A stretch of 54,220 bases of DNA from Candidatus Eiseniibacteriota bacterium (lineage in GTDB: Bacteria > Eisenbacteria > RBG-16-71-46 > SZUA-252): positions 1 through 54,220 of the forward strand of contig JANNMC010000035.1 in the NCBI GenBank assembly GCA_031397435.1, given 5' to 3'. The notes under the pieces were generated by a model. The model was not told the DNA's origin and searched no databases. It was given only the letters and a program-made list of their open reading frames with translations. Of the stretch, positions 9,380-18,758 are shown in pieces; positions within the stretch are counted from its first letter, which is position 1, and each line of letters starts with the position of its first letter. The position numbers were made by a program, and so were the translations under genes.

Positions 9380-10102
9380 ATGCAGCATTCATTTAGATGG
9401 CATTCTCCGCCTCACCCTGGCCGGCTCCTCTTGATCCTGGCCGCGGCGCTGGTTCTGGCGCTGCCGGCGTCCGCGCAGAATCGCGGGCCGCGCCCGGACC
9501 TGACCGGCGGCTTCACGCTGGCGCGCCTGAAGTACACGGGTGGCGGCGACTGGTACTCCGATGAATCGTCGCTCCGGAATCTCCTTCGCGCGCTCCGCCA
9601 ACGCGGCGACGTGCGCACGTCGCACGACAAGGAGGCGGTCGTCACCGCGACCGATCCGGAACTCTGGAATTTCCCGATGCTCTTCATGACGGGACACGGG
9701 AACGTGAAGATGAGCGATGAGGAACTCAAATCGCTCCGCGCCTACCTGGACCAGGGTGGATTTCTCTGGGCCGACGACAACTTCGGCCTCGACGTCTCGT
9801 TTCGCGCGCTGATGCTTCGGCTCTACCCCGACTCGCCGCTGACCGAGCTTCCGTTCACGCATCCGCTCTTCAAGCATCCCTATCCATTTCCCGCGGGGCC
9901 GCCGAAGGTGCACGAACACGACGGTGGTGCGCCGCACGTCTTCGCGGTGCTTCGGAACGGGCGGATCGTGGTGCTCTACACGTACGCCACCGACATCGGA
10001 AACGGAATCGAGGATGCCGGCATCCACGATGACCCGGCCGACAAGCGGGAGGCGGCGCTCCGTTTCGCGGTGAACATCGCGACCTACGCCCTCACGAACT
10101 GA
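9380..10102 (+). CDS. DUF4159-like secreted protein
   Basis: Signal peptide LALPASA. The sequences LARLKYTGGGDWY, FMTGHGNVKMSDEE, GGFLWADD and the C-terminal FAVNIATYALTN match my recollection of the DUF4159 family. Confidence 0.8.
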   Translation: MQHSFRWHSPPHPGRLLLILAAALVLALPASAQNRGPRPDLTGGFTLARLKYTGGGDWYSDESSLRNLLRALRQRGDVRTSHDKEAVVTATDPELWNFPMLFMTGHGNVKMSDEELKSLRAYLDQGGFLWADDNFGLDVSFRALMLRLYPDSPLTELPFTHPLFKHPYPFPAGPPKVHEHDGGAPHVFAVLRNGRIVVLYTYATDIGNGIEDAGIHDDPADKREAALRFAVNIATYALTN

Positions 10103-10103
10103 C

Positions 10104-13100
10104 ATGAGCCCCGCCCGCGACACGCTGCTTCACCACATTGGCCGCGCGCGGCGCGCCCTCTTCCGGCGCGCCGCCGAACGGACCGTGCTTCCCTTGGTCG
10201 CGCTAGCCGCGGCGCTGGTGGCCGCGGCGCTGGTGGTGGCGCTCGCCGTCACGCTCTACCGCGGGCAATACGCCATCCTCCGATTGACGCTCCTGACGTG
10301 CGGCGCCCTCCTCGTGGCGGCGGCCGTCTGGCGGATGCTCCGCGAACACCTCACCACGGAAGCCATCGCCGTCGCCGCCGGATCGCTCGAGCCCGAGCGG
10401 AAGGACGACCTCCTCACCGCCCTGGAACTGTCCCGGGATGCCGAACGCGAAGCGGCCGGAACGGGCAGCGATGCCGGCCGCGCCCGTGTCGACGCTTCCT
10501 CCGCGCTTCGCGACGCGGCCATCGCCATGGCGACGGAACGGGCCGGAGGGCTTCGCCTGGAACGCCTGGCCGCCTGGCCCGCCCGCCGTCGTTGGGTCGC
10601 CATCGCGACGACCGCGATTGTGGTGGCCGCGGGCGCCGCCGTGGCGGGCGGACCGCGCACGCCGCGCGTTCTGGGCCACATCGCCGATCCGAGATCCGCT
10701 CCCCGCGCGCCGATTGGGCTCCGCGTCACGCCGGGCGGGCAGGAGATCGAGGGAGGCGCCACGGTCGTCGTCCGAGCCTACGTCCGCGGCACGACGGCGC
10801 GCGCGATACTCCTGACGCGGCGTGGCGGCGAGTGGGTGGACGCCGCCATGGGGAACGCCGACGAGAAGGAGGATCTGGCGTCGGCTCGTCCCGGAGAACG
10901 CGTCTACGAGCTGCGGCTGGCAAATCTGAAAGAGGATCTTCACTATCAGGTCCGCGCCGGAGACGCGGAGTCGCCGAAGTACGCCCTTTCCGTTCGAGAT
11001 CTGCCGCGCGCCACCGGTTACCGGATTCGCTACGACTATCCCGCCTACACGGGACTCAAGCCCGAGGAGATGCAGGCGCTGACCGGCGATCTGGCGGCGC
11101 CACGCGGCACGAAGGCACGCCTGGAAGTGACGCTGAACCGCGACGCCGCGGGCGCCACGCTCATCGGCGATCGAAGCGGCGCACGGATCGAGGGGATCCG
11201 CGGGGAACGAATCGTCCGCTTCGACGTTCCAATGCGCTCCGACGACCAGATCACCATCCGGCTCACCGATGCGCGAGGACGCCGCTCCGATCTGGGCCCG
11301 TTCGACCTCCGTGCCATTCCGGACCGGCCGCCGACCGTGACCGTGCTCGCGCCGGGCTCGGTCGAGGATGTTTCGCGCGACATGACCGCGACCATCGTGG
11401 CCGGCGTGACCGACGATCATGGCGTGCGAAAGGTTCTCCTTCGCTATCACGCGCGCGAGGACGCGCCGCGCGTGGAAACACTTCACGAGGAGAAGGCGGG
11501 AAGCCGGGAGCTGGCCATCCGGTACACGTGGCCGCTTCAGGGGATGAGCCTTCTGCCCGGCGAGGAGATCGCCTATCAGATCGGCGCGGTGGACGGAAAC
11601 GGCGTCGACGGGCCGCAGACGACCTGGTCGGACGAACGGCGGCTTCGCTTTCCCTCCGCGACCGAGATCCTCGCCTCCATGCAGAAGGAGCGCGACGAGA
11701 CGATCGAGACGCTGGAGGACGTGCTGAAGGGCGCCCGCGAACTGCAGCAGAAGTCGGAGGAACTCTCGCGCGACATTGGCCGCTCCCGCGAGATGACGTG
11801 GGAACAGCGCCAGCAGCTTCAGAAGACGGCCGAGGGCCAGCAGAAGCTCCGCGAGATGGTCGACAAGGCGGCGCAGCAACTGCAGCAGAGCGCGGAGAAG
11901 CTGTCGCAATCGCGCGCGCTGAACGCCGAGCTGGTGCAGAAGATCAATGAACTCCAGCAGCTCCTGAGCCAGATCAAGGACCAGTCGCTCCTTCGCGCGA
12001 TGCAAAGGCTCCAGGAGGCGCTCCGGAGCATGCAGCCGCAGGACGTCGAGCGCGCCATGCAGAACTTCAAGGTGACGCAGGACGACGCCGTGAAGAACAT
12101 CCAGCGAACGATTGAACTGTTGAAGCAGATTCGCATGGAAGAACGGATGGAGGCGGCCTCCGAACGCGCTGCCGAGATGGAGCGGCGCCAGATCGCGCTG
12201 AACGACTCGCTCGCCCGCGCCAAGACCCCCGAGGAAGCGAAGGCTCTCGCCGAGGCGCAGAAGGCGCTGGAGAAGATGGCCGCCGAGCAGAAGGCCGCGA
12301 TGGACTCCCTGGCGAAGGACCTCCGCCCGATGGACCAGGAAGCCGCGCGGCAGGCCGAGGAGCTGAGCCAGGAGATGAGCCCCCCGGAAATGCAGCAGGC
12401 GATGCAGCAGGCCGAGAGTTCCATGAGCCAGGGCGAGAGGCAGGAGGCGCGAGAGAAGACAAAGTCGGTCCAGAAGCGCCTGCAGCAGGCGCGGAAGAAG
12501 ACCGACGAGATGCGCGAGGGATTCCGGGAGCGGAAGAAGAACCAAATCGCGAAGGAGATGGAGGAGGCAGCGCAGGATCTCTTGGATATCGCGTCGATGC
12601 AGCAGGGAATGCTGAGCGACGACGAGAGTTCGGTGGACGACCGGGCGGAGAAGCAGAAGGGGCTGGAGGAGACGACGCAGAGCGCGGCGAAACGGGTGGC
12701 CGACATCTCGAAGCAGACCCTTTTCCTCACGCCCGACGTGGCGCAGTCGCTGGGCCGCGCGCTGCAGAACCAGGAGAGCGCCGTTGGCCGCTATTCACAG
12801 CAGGATCTCCTGGGCGGACTGATGGGAACCAAGGAGTCGAGCATCGCGCTGAACCAGGCGGCGACGGGACTCCTCAAGTCGAAGGAGTCGATGCAGGGAG
12901 CGAAGTCGTCGACAGGAATGTCCGAGGCGATGCAGCAACTGCAGTCGCTGGCGGGCCAGCAGCAAGGATTGAACGAGGAGACGATGGGAATGATGCCGGG
13001 GCAGGGTACGCCCGGCGCCATGGACGGACGCCTGATGCCGGGCGACGGCGAGTCGCTATCGCGCATGGCGGCGGAACAGGAAGCGATTCGCCGCGGACTG

Positions 13101-13487
13101 GAAGGCGCGATGTCAAAGATGGGACAGGGGAGCGGCAAGCCGCTCGGCAACATGGGCGACCTAGCGGAGGAGATGAAGGGCGTGGAGCAGGACCTCCGCG
13201 CCGGGCGTCTCGATCAGAACACGGTGAACAAGCAGCAGCGGATCCTGAGCCGGCTCCTCGACGCGCCGCGAAGCGTGGAGAAGCGGGACTACTCGAAGAA
13301 GCGGATGTCGCGGCCGGGCGTGGACGTGGTCCGCTCCTCGCCGGGCGCCCTCTCGCCGGAGTTGCTGAAGGCGCGCCCCTCGCTGGCGTCGCTCCTGGCG
13401 AAAGGGAGCCGCGATCCGGTGACGCCGAAGTACCGCGCGCTGGTCGATGAGTATCTGGAATCGCTGATGAAGCAGGGCGGGCGATGA
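10104..13487 (+). CDS. DUF4175-like giant membrane-anchored coiled-coil protein (1127 aa)
   Basis: N-terminal TM helices, a beta-rich region of about 300 aa, then about 500 aa of Q/E/K/M-rich heptad-like sequence. The C-terminus PKYRALVDEYLESL is typical of the family. The ATG lies 1 nt after the upstream stop. Confidence 0.8.
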   Translation: MSPARDTLLHHIGRARRALFRRAAERTVLPLVALAAALVAAALVVALAVTLYRGQYAILRLTLLTCGALLVAAAVWRMLREHLTTEAIAVAAGSLEPERKDDLLTALELSRDAEREAAGTGSDAGRARVDASSALRDAAIAMATERAGGLRLERLAAWPARRRWVAIATTAIVVAAGAAVAGGPRTPRVLGHIADPRSAPRAPIGLRVTPGGQEIEGGATVVVRAYVRGTTARAILLTRRGGEWVDAAMGNADEKEDLASARPGERVYELRLANLKEDLHYQVRAGDAESPKYALSVRDLPRATGYRIRYDYPAYTGLKPEEMQALTGDLAAPRGTKARLEVTLNRDAAGATLIGDRSGARIEGIRGERIVRFDVPMRSDDQITIRLTDARGRRSDLGPFDLRAIPDRPPTVTVLAPGSVEDVSRDMTATIVAGVTDDHGVRKVLLRYHAREDAPRVETLHEEKAGSRELAIRYTWPLQGMSLLPGEEIAYQIGAVDGNGVDGPQTTWSDERRLRFPSATEILASMQKERDETIETLEDVLKGARELQQKSEELSRDIGRSREMTWEQRQQLQKTAEGQQKLREMVDKAAQQLQQSAEKLSQSRALNAELVQKINELQQLLSQIKDQSLLRAMQRLQEALRSMQPQDVERAMQNFKVTQDDAVKNIQRTIELLKQIRMEERMEAASERAAEMERRQIALNDSLARAKTPEEAKALAEAQKALEKMAAEQKAAMDSLAKDLRPMDQEAARQAEELSQEMSPPEMQQAMQQAESSMSQGERQEAREKTKSVQKRLQQARKKTDEMREGFRERKKNQIAKEMEEAAQDLLDIASMQQGMLSDDESSVDDRAEKQKGLEETTQSAAKRVADISKQTLFLTPDVAQSLGRALQNQESAVGRYSQQDLLGGLMGTKESSIALNQAATGLLKSKESMQGAKSSTGMSEAMQQLQSLAGQQQGLNEETMGMMPGQGTPGAMDGRLMPGDGESLSRMAAEQEAIRRGLEGAMSKMGQGSGKPLGNMGDLAEEMKGVEQDLRAGRLDQNTVNKQQRILSRLLDAPRSVEKRDYSKKRMSRPGVDVVRSSPGALSPELLKARPSLASLLAKGSRDPVTPKYRALVDEYLESLMKQGGR

Positions 13488-14329
13488 GGCGCACGCACGC
13501 TTCGCTCCTGGCGCTCCTGGTGGTGCTTGCCGTCTGCATTGCCGGATCAGGGGGCGCGAACGTTGCTGCTGCGGCTCCGCAACCGAAGAAGGAGGGGCCG
13601 CCTCCACAACAGCGGCCGAAGATCATGATCTCCTCGCCACAATCGGGCATGGTCGCGGTTCCGCTGGAAGGCGAGTTCGAGGTGGACGAGAGCGACTCCA
13701 TCCTGAATGGGCTGCCCCGCACTTACCAGGCCCTGGTCCGCCGCTTCGGCACCATGTCGCCCGCCGACTCGATGGGCGAAGGGGCCTACCGCTGGGCCGA
13801 CGCGGCCTTCGCGGCCGGTAAGTTCGACGAGGCCAGGAAGGGGTACCTGGACTTCGCGCGCCGATACCCGCGCAATCTCAAGGTCAACGACGCCCTCTCG
13901 GCCACGCTCCTCATCAAGGAGGCGCGCGACTTCGAGGATCAGCCGCTCCTGCTCTACGCGCGGGGGCGCGCGCACCGAGTGGCGGGAAGGACCGACTCGG
14001 CGACCGTCGCGCTGACCGCCGCCGCGGAACGATTCCCTGGCGCCAAGGTCCGACACCACGTTCATCTGATGTTGGCCGAGATCGCGCACGGCCACGGCGA
14101 TCATGCGACGGCGCTTCGTTGGGCGGTGGCCGGCGCCGACACGGCTCGCGCGAACCGCCTGGCCCCGCTCGCGCTTCGCCTCGCCGCCGAATCGTCGATA
14201 GCACTCGGCGAGCCGCCGCAGAAGGCGCTCGCCTACTACAAGGTGATCTTGGAGCGCTATCCGCGCTCGCCGGTCACGCCGGAGGCGCGCTCGCGCTCAC
14301 TCGAGATCCGGAAGAGGATGCCGCAGTGA
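13484..14329 (+). CDS. Secreted TPR/YbgF-like repeat protein
   Basis: The ATG overlaps the upstream stop (ATGA). Signal peptide present. Helical repeats such as GKFDEARKGYLDFARRYPRN and ALAYYKVILERYPRSP. Confidence 0.75.
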   Translation: MRRTHASLLALLVVLAVCIAGSGGANVAAAAPQPKKEGPPPQQRPKIMISSPQSGMVAVPLEGEFEVDESDSILNGLPRTYQALVRRFGTMSPADSMGEGAYRWADAAFAAGKFDEARKGYLDFARRYPRNLKVNDALSATLLIKEARDFEDQPLLLYARGRAHRVAGRTDSATVALTAAAERFPGAKVRHHVHLMLAEIAHGHGDHATALRWAVAGADTARANRLAPLALRLAAESSIALGEPPQKALAYYKVILERYPRSPVTPEARSRSLEIRKRMPQ

Positions 14330-15597
14330 GGCGCTCCTGGCGCACGGCCATGGCGCTGCTGTTCGGCGCCCTTCTGGCGGCGTGGCCCGCGGCATCGTTC
14401 GCTCGCGTGCTCGTCCCGATGGACACGGGGCAGGCGGATCACCTCCGTGCCTACGGCCTGGTCTACTGGGCCCTGGAACGCGGGGTGCACGGCGAGTGGC
14501 TGCTCAACTACCGTGGCGGCGCGTTCCTTCTTCCCGACCTACCCGCGCTTCCCGAGGAAGCACTGCTCCGCGGCGTGACGATCGAGATGGTGAACGACGC
14601 CGACGTGGCGAAGATCCAAGCCGAGATCGCCGACAACAACATGGAGACAATCAAGCTGGAGACGGCGCCGCGCGTGGCGGTCTACGTGCCACCCAGCGCT
14701 CCACCCTGGGACGACGCGGTGCAACTGGCGCTGGAGTACGCGCAGATTCCCTACACGAAGCTCTGGGACGCCGAGGTGATGGACGGAAAGCTGGCGGACT
14801 ACGACTGGCTCCACCTTCACCACGAGGATTTCACCGGGCAGTACGGGAAATTCTACGCGGCCTTCGCGTCGGCTGACTGGTACCAGCGCCAGGTCGCCGA
14901 GAACCAGGGTGTCGCGCGGCGCTACGGCTTCGCAAAGGTCTCCGACCTCAAGAAGTCGGTGGCGCAGACGATCAAGGCGTACGTGGCGCAAGGAGGCTTC
15001 CTCTTCGCCATGTGCTCAGGGACGGACACGTTCGACATCGCGCTGGCCGCGGGGAAGACCGACATCGTGGCGAAGGAGTACGACGGCGACGGTGTCGACC
15101 CGCGAGCGACGTCGAAGCTCGACTTCACCGAGACGATGGCGTTCCAGAACTTCGAACTGGAGACGAACCCGCTGGTCTACGAGTACTCGAATATCGACAC
15201 GACACCCAAGGCGACGATTCGCGGCCAGTTCGGCGACTCGTTCACCCTGTTCGACTTTTCCGCGAAGCAGGATCCTGTGCCGACGATGCTGGTGCAAGAC
15301 CACGTGGCGACCATCAAGGGATTCCTGGGACAGACGACCGGATTCGAGAAGTCGATGCTGAAGCCGGGCGTGACGGTCCTGGCGGAGACGCCGGGGCAGG
15401 ACGACGTGAAGTACATCCACGGGCACTTCGGGAAGGGGACCTTCACGTTCTACGGCGGCCACGACCCCGAAGACTATCAGCACGCCGTCGGCGATCCGCC
15501 CACCGATCTCTCACTCCACAAGAACTCGCCGGGCTACCGGCTGATTCTGAATAACGTGCTCTTCCCGGCCGCGGAAAAGAAGGAGAAGAAGACGTAG
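14326..15597 (+). CDS. Secreted class-I-GATase-like (flavodoxin-like fold) protein of unknown function
   Basis: The GTG at 14326 overlaps the upstream stop (GTGA); an alternative ATG lies at 14350. Signal peptide AASFA, conserved LVPMDTGQADHLRAYGLVYWALE, and a nucleophile-elbow-like FAMCSG (Cys codon 15013-15015). Track ORF sequence upstream of 14326 is overlap shadow. Confidence 0.75.
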   Translation: MRRSWRTAMALLFGALLAAWPAASFARVLVPMDTGQADHLRAYGLVYWALERGVHGEWLLNYRGGAFLLPDLPALPEEALLRGVTIEMVNDADVAKIQAEIADNNMETIKLETAPRVAVYVPPSAPPWDDAVQLALEYAQIPYTKLWDAEVMDGKLADYDWLHLHHEDFTGQYGKFYAAFASADWYQRQVAENQGVARRYGFAKVSDLKKSVAQTIKAYVAQGGFLFAMCSGTDTFDIALAAGKTDIVAKEYDGDGVDPRATSKLDFTETMAFQNFELETNPLVYEYSNIDTTPKATIRGQFGDSFTLFDFSAKQDPVPTMLVQDHVATIKGFLGQTTGFEKSMLKPGVTVLAETPGQDDVKYIHGHFGKGTFTFYGGHDPEDYQHAVGDPPTDLSLHKNSPGYRLILNNVLFPAAEKKEKKT

Positions 15598-15656
15598 GGC
15601 CGTGCCCCCGGTTGCCGTTGACGTCGGGCGAACCCGGAACCTACACTAGACCTCGC

Positions 15657-16073
15657 ATGTCAGCCCTCCCGGCGAAGCGCCTCTCTCGAGTTCTCCTGAT
15701 CCTCCTTTCCCTGGGGGGGATTCTGCACCAGCCGGGGCGCGCCCTCTGCATCGGCTCGAACGGACACCTCGCGGTGGAGCTTTCGTCCGCCTCGCTCGTC
15801 GACTGCCTCGCCGGCGCCCCCGAGGATGCCGGAGTCCACGGCGCTTCCCTGACGAACGCCTCGTGCGGGCCGTGTCGCGATCTGGAACTGCCGCTCTGGA
15901 CACTCGCGCCCGCGCCGCGGGAAGACGTCACGTCGCCGAGCCTGAATCAACATTCCCTCGTCGAGACCGACTTCGGTGTCCGAGACCTGCACGATGAATC
16001 CGCCGCTCACTCAGCACTCTCCATCTCCGTAGAATCGAGTCGCGCCCGCCACACCGTCGTGATTCGCTGCTGA
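15657..16073 (+). CDS. Small membrane-anchored Cys-containing hypothetical protein upstream of czcCBA
   Basis: The ATG at 15657 gives 138 aa with one N-terminal hydrophobic helix, a LCIGSNGHLAVE segment and a CGPC motif (15864-15875). No clear Shine-Dalgarno sequence. The track ORF begins at a TTG at 15612. Confidence 0.5.
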   Translation: MSALPAKRLSRVLLILLSLGGILHQPGRALCIGSNGHLAVELSSASLVDCLAGAPEDAGVHGASLTNASCGPCRDLELPLWTLAPAPREDVTSPSLNQHSLVETDFGVRDLHDESAAHSALSISVESSRARHTVVIRC

Positions 16074-16166
16074 TCGCCCTCCTCTCCTAGCGACCTCCCA
16101 CAACCTAACGCACTCGACGCAGGGGGCTACCCCCGCGCCGACTCTTCGCACCCCAGGAGGAGAACC

Positions 16167-17459
16167 TTGTTCTGCACGCCATGCGCGGGCATTCAGCCCG
16201 TCAGAACCGTCATCGCGATCGCCTTGGCGATCGCCGCACTCGTCGTCGAGCCCGCGCCGCCGGCGGGGGCCGCGCCGCCCGAGTCGCCGCTAACTCTGGA
16301 ATCGGCGCTTCGCCTCACCCGCGAGCGGAATCGCTCCGTCTCCGCCGCGCGGTTGGATGCGCGCGCGAACGCTTCCCGCGCCCGAGACGCGGGTCGGCGC
16401 CCCAATCCCGAACTCGCGATCGGACTGGAGAACTTCGGCGGCGGACTCGGCGGCGACATCGTCGAGTCCTCTCTGATGATCTCCCAGACGCTCGAGTGGG
16501 GAGGCGACCGAGCCGCGAGGTTCGGTGTCGCGACGGCGGAGCACGACGCGTCGCGCGGCGTCGCATCCCTCGTCGAGCGGGCGGAGGAAGCCGAGGCGGC
16601 CGAGCGCTTTCTCGAGGCGTGGATGCTCCAGCAACGTGTCGCCTATCTGCGCCTCGCTGTGGCGCAGGCTCGGGAAGTCGTCGTCGCCGCGGAGGCCAGG
16701 CATCGCGCGGGAGCCGCTCCTGAATTCGAACAGGTCCGGGCCGCGACCTACCTGGCGACGAAGGAACTGGAGCAACACCGCGGTGAAATCGGACTCGCGG
16801 TGGCGAAGCGCCGGCTCGTCCTGCAGTGGAACGGCTCGAGCGAGGAAGCCGACTCGCTCACGCTGCCCGAGCCCGATGCCGGCCCGGGCCCTTCACTCGA
16901 CTCGGTCCGCGCCGGGTTGGCCTCGCACCCCGACCGGGGCCGCGCCGAGGCCGAGGCGCGCGGGTCCGAGTGGCGGTGGCGCGCGGCTCGCGCGGCGCGG
17001 GTCCCCGATCCATCCGTGGAGGCAGGTGTGCGCCGGCTGGAGGAGCGGGGAGCCGTCGGGTTCGTGATCGGGCTCAGCATGCCGCTCCCGCTCTGGAACG
17101 GTGGGGTCGGCACGGTGTCCGCGGCGGAACTCGATCGGGACGCGGCGAAATTGCGCGTCGAAGCCGTCGCGGCGGATCTCGACGGACAGGCCCTTGCCGC
17201 GAACGACCTCCTGCTCGCCGCGGCGAACGCGTATCGCTCCATTCGCGACGGGGTGCTCCCTCGCGCGGAAGAGGCGTTGCGCCTGGTGCGCGGCGGCTAC
17301 CGCGCGGGGCGGTTGAGTTACCTCGATACACTGGAGGCCCAGCGAAGCGTCCTGGATTCCAGTCTGCTTCTGGTGGAGGCGTACGCCGATGTCTGGCGCG
17401 CTCGAACCGTGCTCGAACTGCTTGCCGGTGGATCGCCGGACGCGACGGAAGGACGCTAG
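16167..17459 (+). CDS. czcC: TolC-family outer membrane efflux protein (CzcC-like)
   Basis: TTG start 6 nt after AGGAGG (16155-16160). Signal peptide and two TolC/OEP repeats. Immediately precedes the adaptor and RND pump genes. Confidence 0.85.
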   Translation: MFCTPCAGIQPVRTVIAIALAIAALVVEPAPPAGAAPPESPLTLESALRLTRERNRSVSAARLDARANASRARDAGRRPNPELAIGLENFGGGLGGDIVESSLMISQTLEWGGDRAARFGVATAEHDASRGVASLVERAEEAEAAERFLEAWMLQQRVAYLRLAVAQAREVVVAAEARHRAGAAPEFEQVRAATYLATKELEQHRGEIGLAVAKRRLVLQWNGSSEEADSLTLPEPDAGPGPSLDSVRAGLASHPDRGRAEAEARGSEWRWRAARAARVPDPSVEAGVRRLEERGAVGFVIGLSMPLPLWNGGVGTVSAAELDRDAAKLRVEAVAADLDGQALAANDLLLAAANAYRSIRDGVLPRAEEALRLVRGGYRAGRLSYLDTLEAQRSVLDSSLLLVEAYADVWRARTVLELLAGGSPDATEGR

Positions 17460-18758
17460 ATGAATTTTACGGGACAGGACTTCAAACGAACGAAAGCAGC
17501 GATCTCGCTCGGCGTCGCGATGCTGACCGCCTTGTTTGTGTTCTCGAGCTGCGGGAAGCCCGCCACGTCCAACCATGCCGATGCGGAGGGGGGCCACGAA
17601 GCCGGCGGCGCCGAGGACGTCGTACGCGGACCGAGAGGAGGGAGACTCTTCGAGGCGGAAGACCTTCGCCTGGAACTGCTCATCGCGGAGGAGGGGATTC
17701 CGCCCGAATTTCGCGCCTACCTCTACGACGGGAAGGGGAAGCATCTCGACCGGGTGGAGGGATCGCTCCACGTCACGCTCGACCGGTTCGGGGGACGGCG
17801 GGACAGTCTCGGCTTCATCGTCGAGGGAGACCGGTTCCGGAGCACGGCCTCCGTGGAGGAGCCGCATTCGTTCGCGGCGCGCGTCGTGCTCGATCGCGGC
17901 GGCAAGCGCCACGAGTGGAGCTACGCGCAGCGCGAGGGGCGCGTCGATCTGAGTCCTGAGGCGATCCGGCACGCCGGGCTGCGCGCGGCGCCCGCCGCGG
18001 CCCGCGAGATCGCGGTGACGGTCGAGACTCCCGGCGAGGTGAGGCTGAACGGGGAAACGGTCGTGCAGGTTCATCCGCGGTACGCTGGCGTCGTTCGCCG
18101 GATGGCGGTCCGGCTCGGGGACAGCGTGAAGAAGGGCGACCTCGTGGCGGTCGTTCAGAGCAACGAGAGCCTCGCCGAGTACGAGATCGCCGCGCCGATC
18201 GGCGGCACGGTCGTGAGCCGCGAGGCCATCGACGGCCAAGCCGTGGACCAGATGTCGCCCCTCTGCACCATCGCCGACCTCTCCACGGTCTGGGTCGACT
18301 TCGCGCTTTATCCGCAGATCGCCGGGCTGGTTCGCCGCGGCCAGACGGCGACCGTCGCCATGGCCTCCACCGGCAACGGGCTCGAGGCCCGAGGCACGGT
18401 CTCCTACGTGGGACCGATTCTGGAACAGGATACGCGCGTCTCGTACGGCCGAATTGTTATTCCGAACCCGGAGCGGCGATGGCAGCCGGGGCTCTACGTG
18501 ACCGTGCTGGCGACGGTCGAGCGGTTCCGCGCCGCGGTTGCGGTTTCGGAGGAGGCGGTCGTGCGGACCAGCCGTGGCCCGGGCGTGTTTCGCGTCGCCG
18601 GCGCCTCGTTCGAGCTTCAGCCGGTGGCCGTCGGGAGAAGCGATGGGCGCTGGACGGAGATCACGGAGGGATTGTTCCCCGGTGACAGCGTCGTCGTCGC
18701 CAACGCCTATCTCCTGAAGGCGGAACTCGGGAAGTCCGAGGCGACTCATGATCATTGA
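17460..18758 (+). CDS. czcB: Efflux RND periplasmic adaptor subunit (CzcB-like lipoprotein)
   Basis: The ATG directly follows the czcC stop. Lipobox FSSC, an HlyD/biotinyl-lipoyl-like core (VKKGDLVAVVQS) and a CzcB-type N-terminal extension. Confidence 0.9.
   Translation: MNFTGQDFKRTKAAISLGVAMLTALFVFSSCGKPATSNHADAEGGHEAGGAEDVVRGPRGGRLFEAEDLRLELLIAEEGIPPEFRAYLYDGKGKHLDRVEGSLHVTLDRFGGRRDSLGFIVEGDRFRSTASVEEPHSFAARVVLDRGGKRHEWSYAQREGRVDLSPEAIRHAGLRAAPAAAREIAVTVETPGEVRLNGETVVQVHPRYAGVVRRMAVRLGDSVKKGDLVAVVQSNESLAEYEIAAPIGGTVVSREAIDGQAVDQMSPLCTIADLSTVWVDFALYPQIAGLVRRGQTATVAMASTGNGLEARGTVSYVGPILEQDTRVSYGRIVIPNPERRWQPGLYVTVLATVERFRAAVAVSEEAVVRTSRGPGVFRVAGASFELQPVAVGRSDGRWTEITEGLFPGDSVVVANAYLLKAELGKSEATHDH

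Noticed and set aside
12915-13185. Met-rich stretch of the DUF4175-like protein as a possible Cu(I)/metal-binding region linked to the downstream czc operon.
   Set aside because: The Met residues are embedded in Gln/Gly low-complexity sequence, not in MxxM/MxM-type clusters with His. The czc operon is separated by two more genes and its own small ORF. I have no evidence beyond composition.
14119-14325. N-terminal extension of track ORF 14119-15597. Similar extensions occur at 27061-27279, 28151-28321, 41513-41710 and 31770-31871.
   Set aside because: These extensions overlap the preceding gene or lack coding character. Downstream starts give proper signal peptides or Rossmann N-termini.
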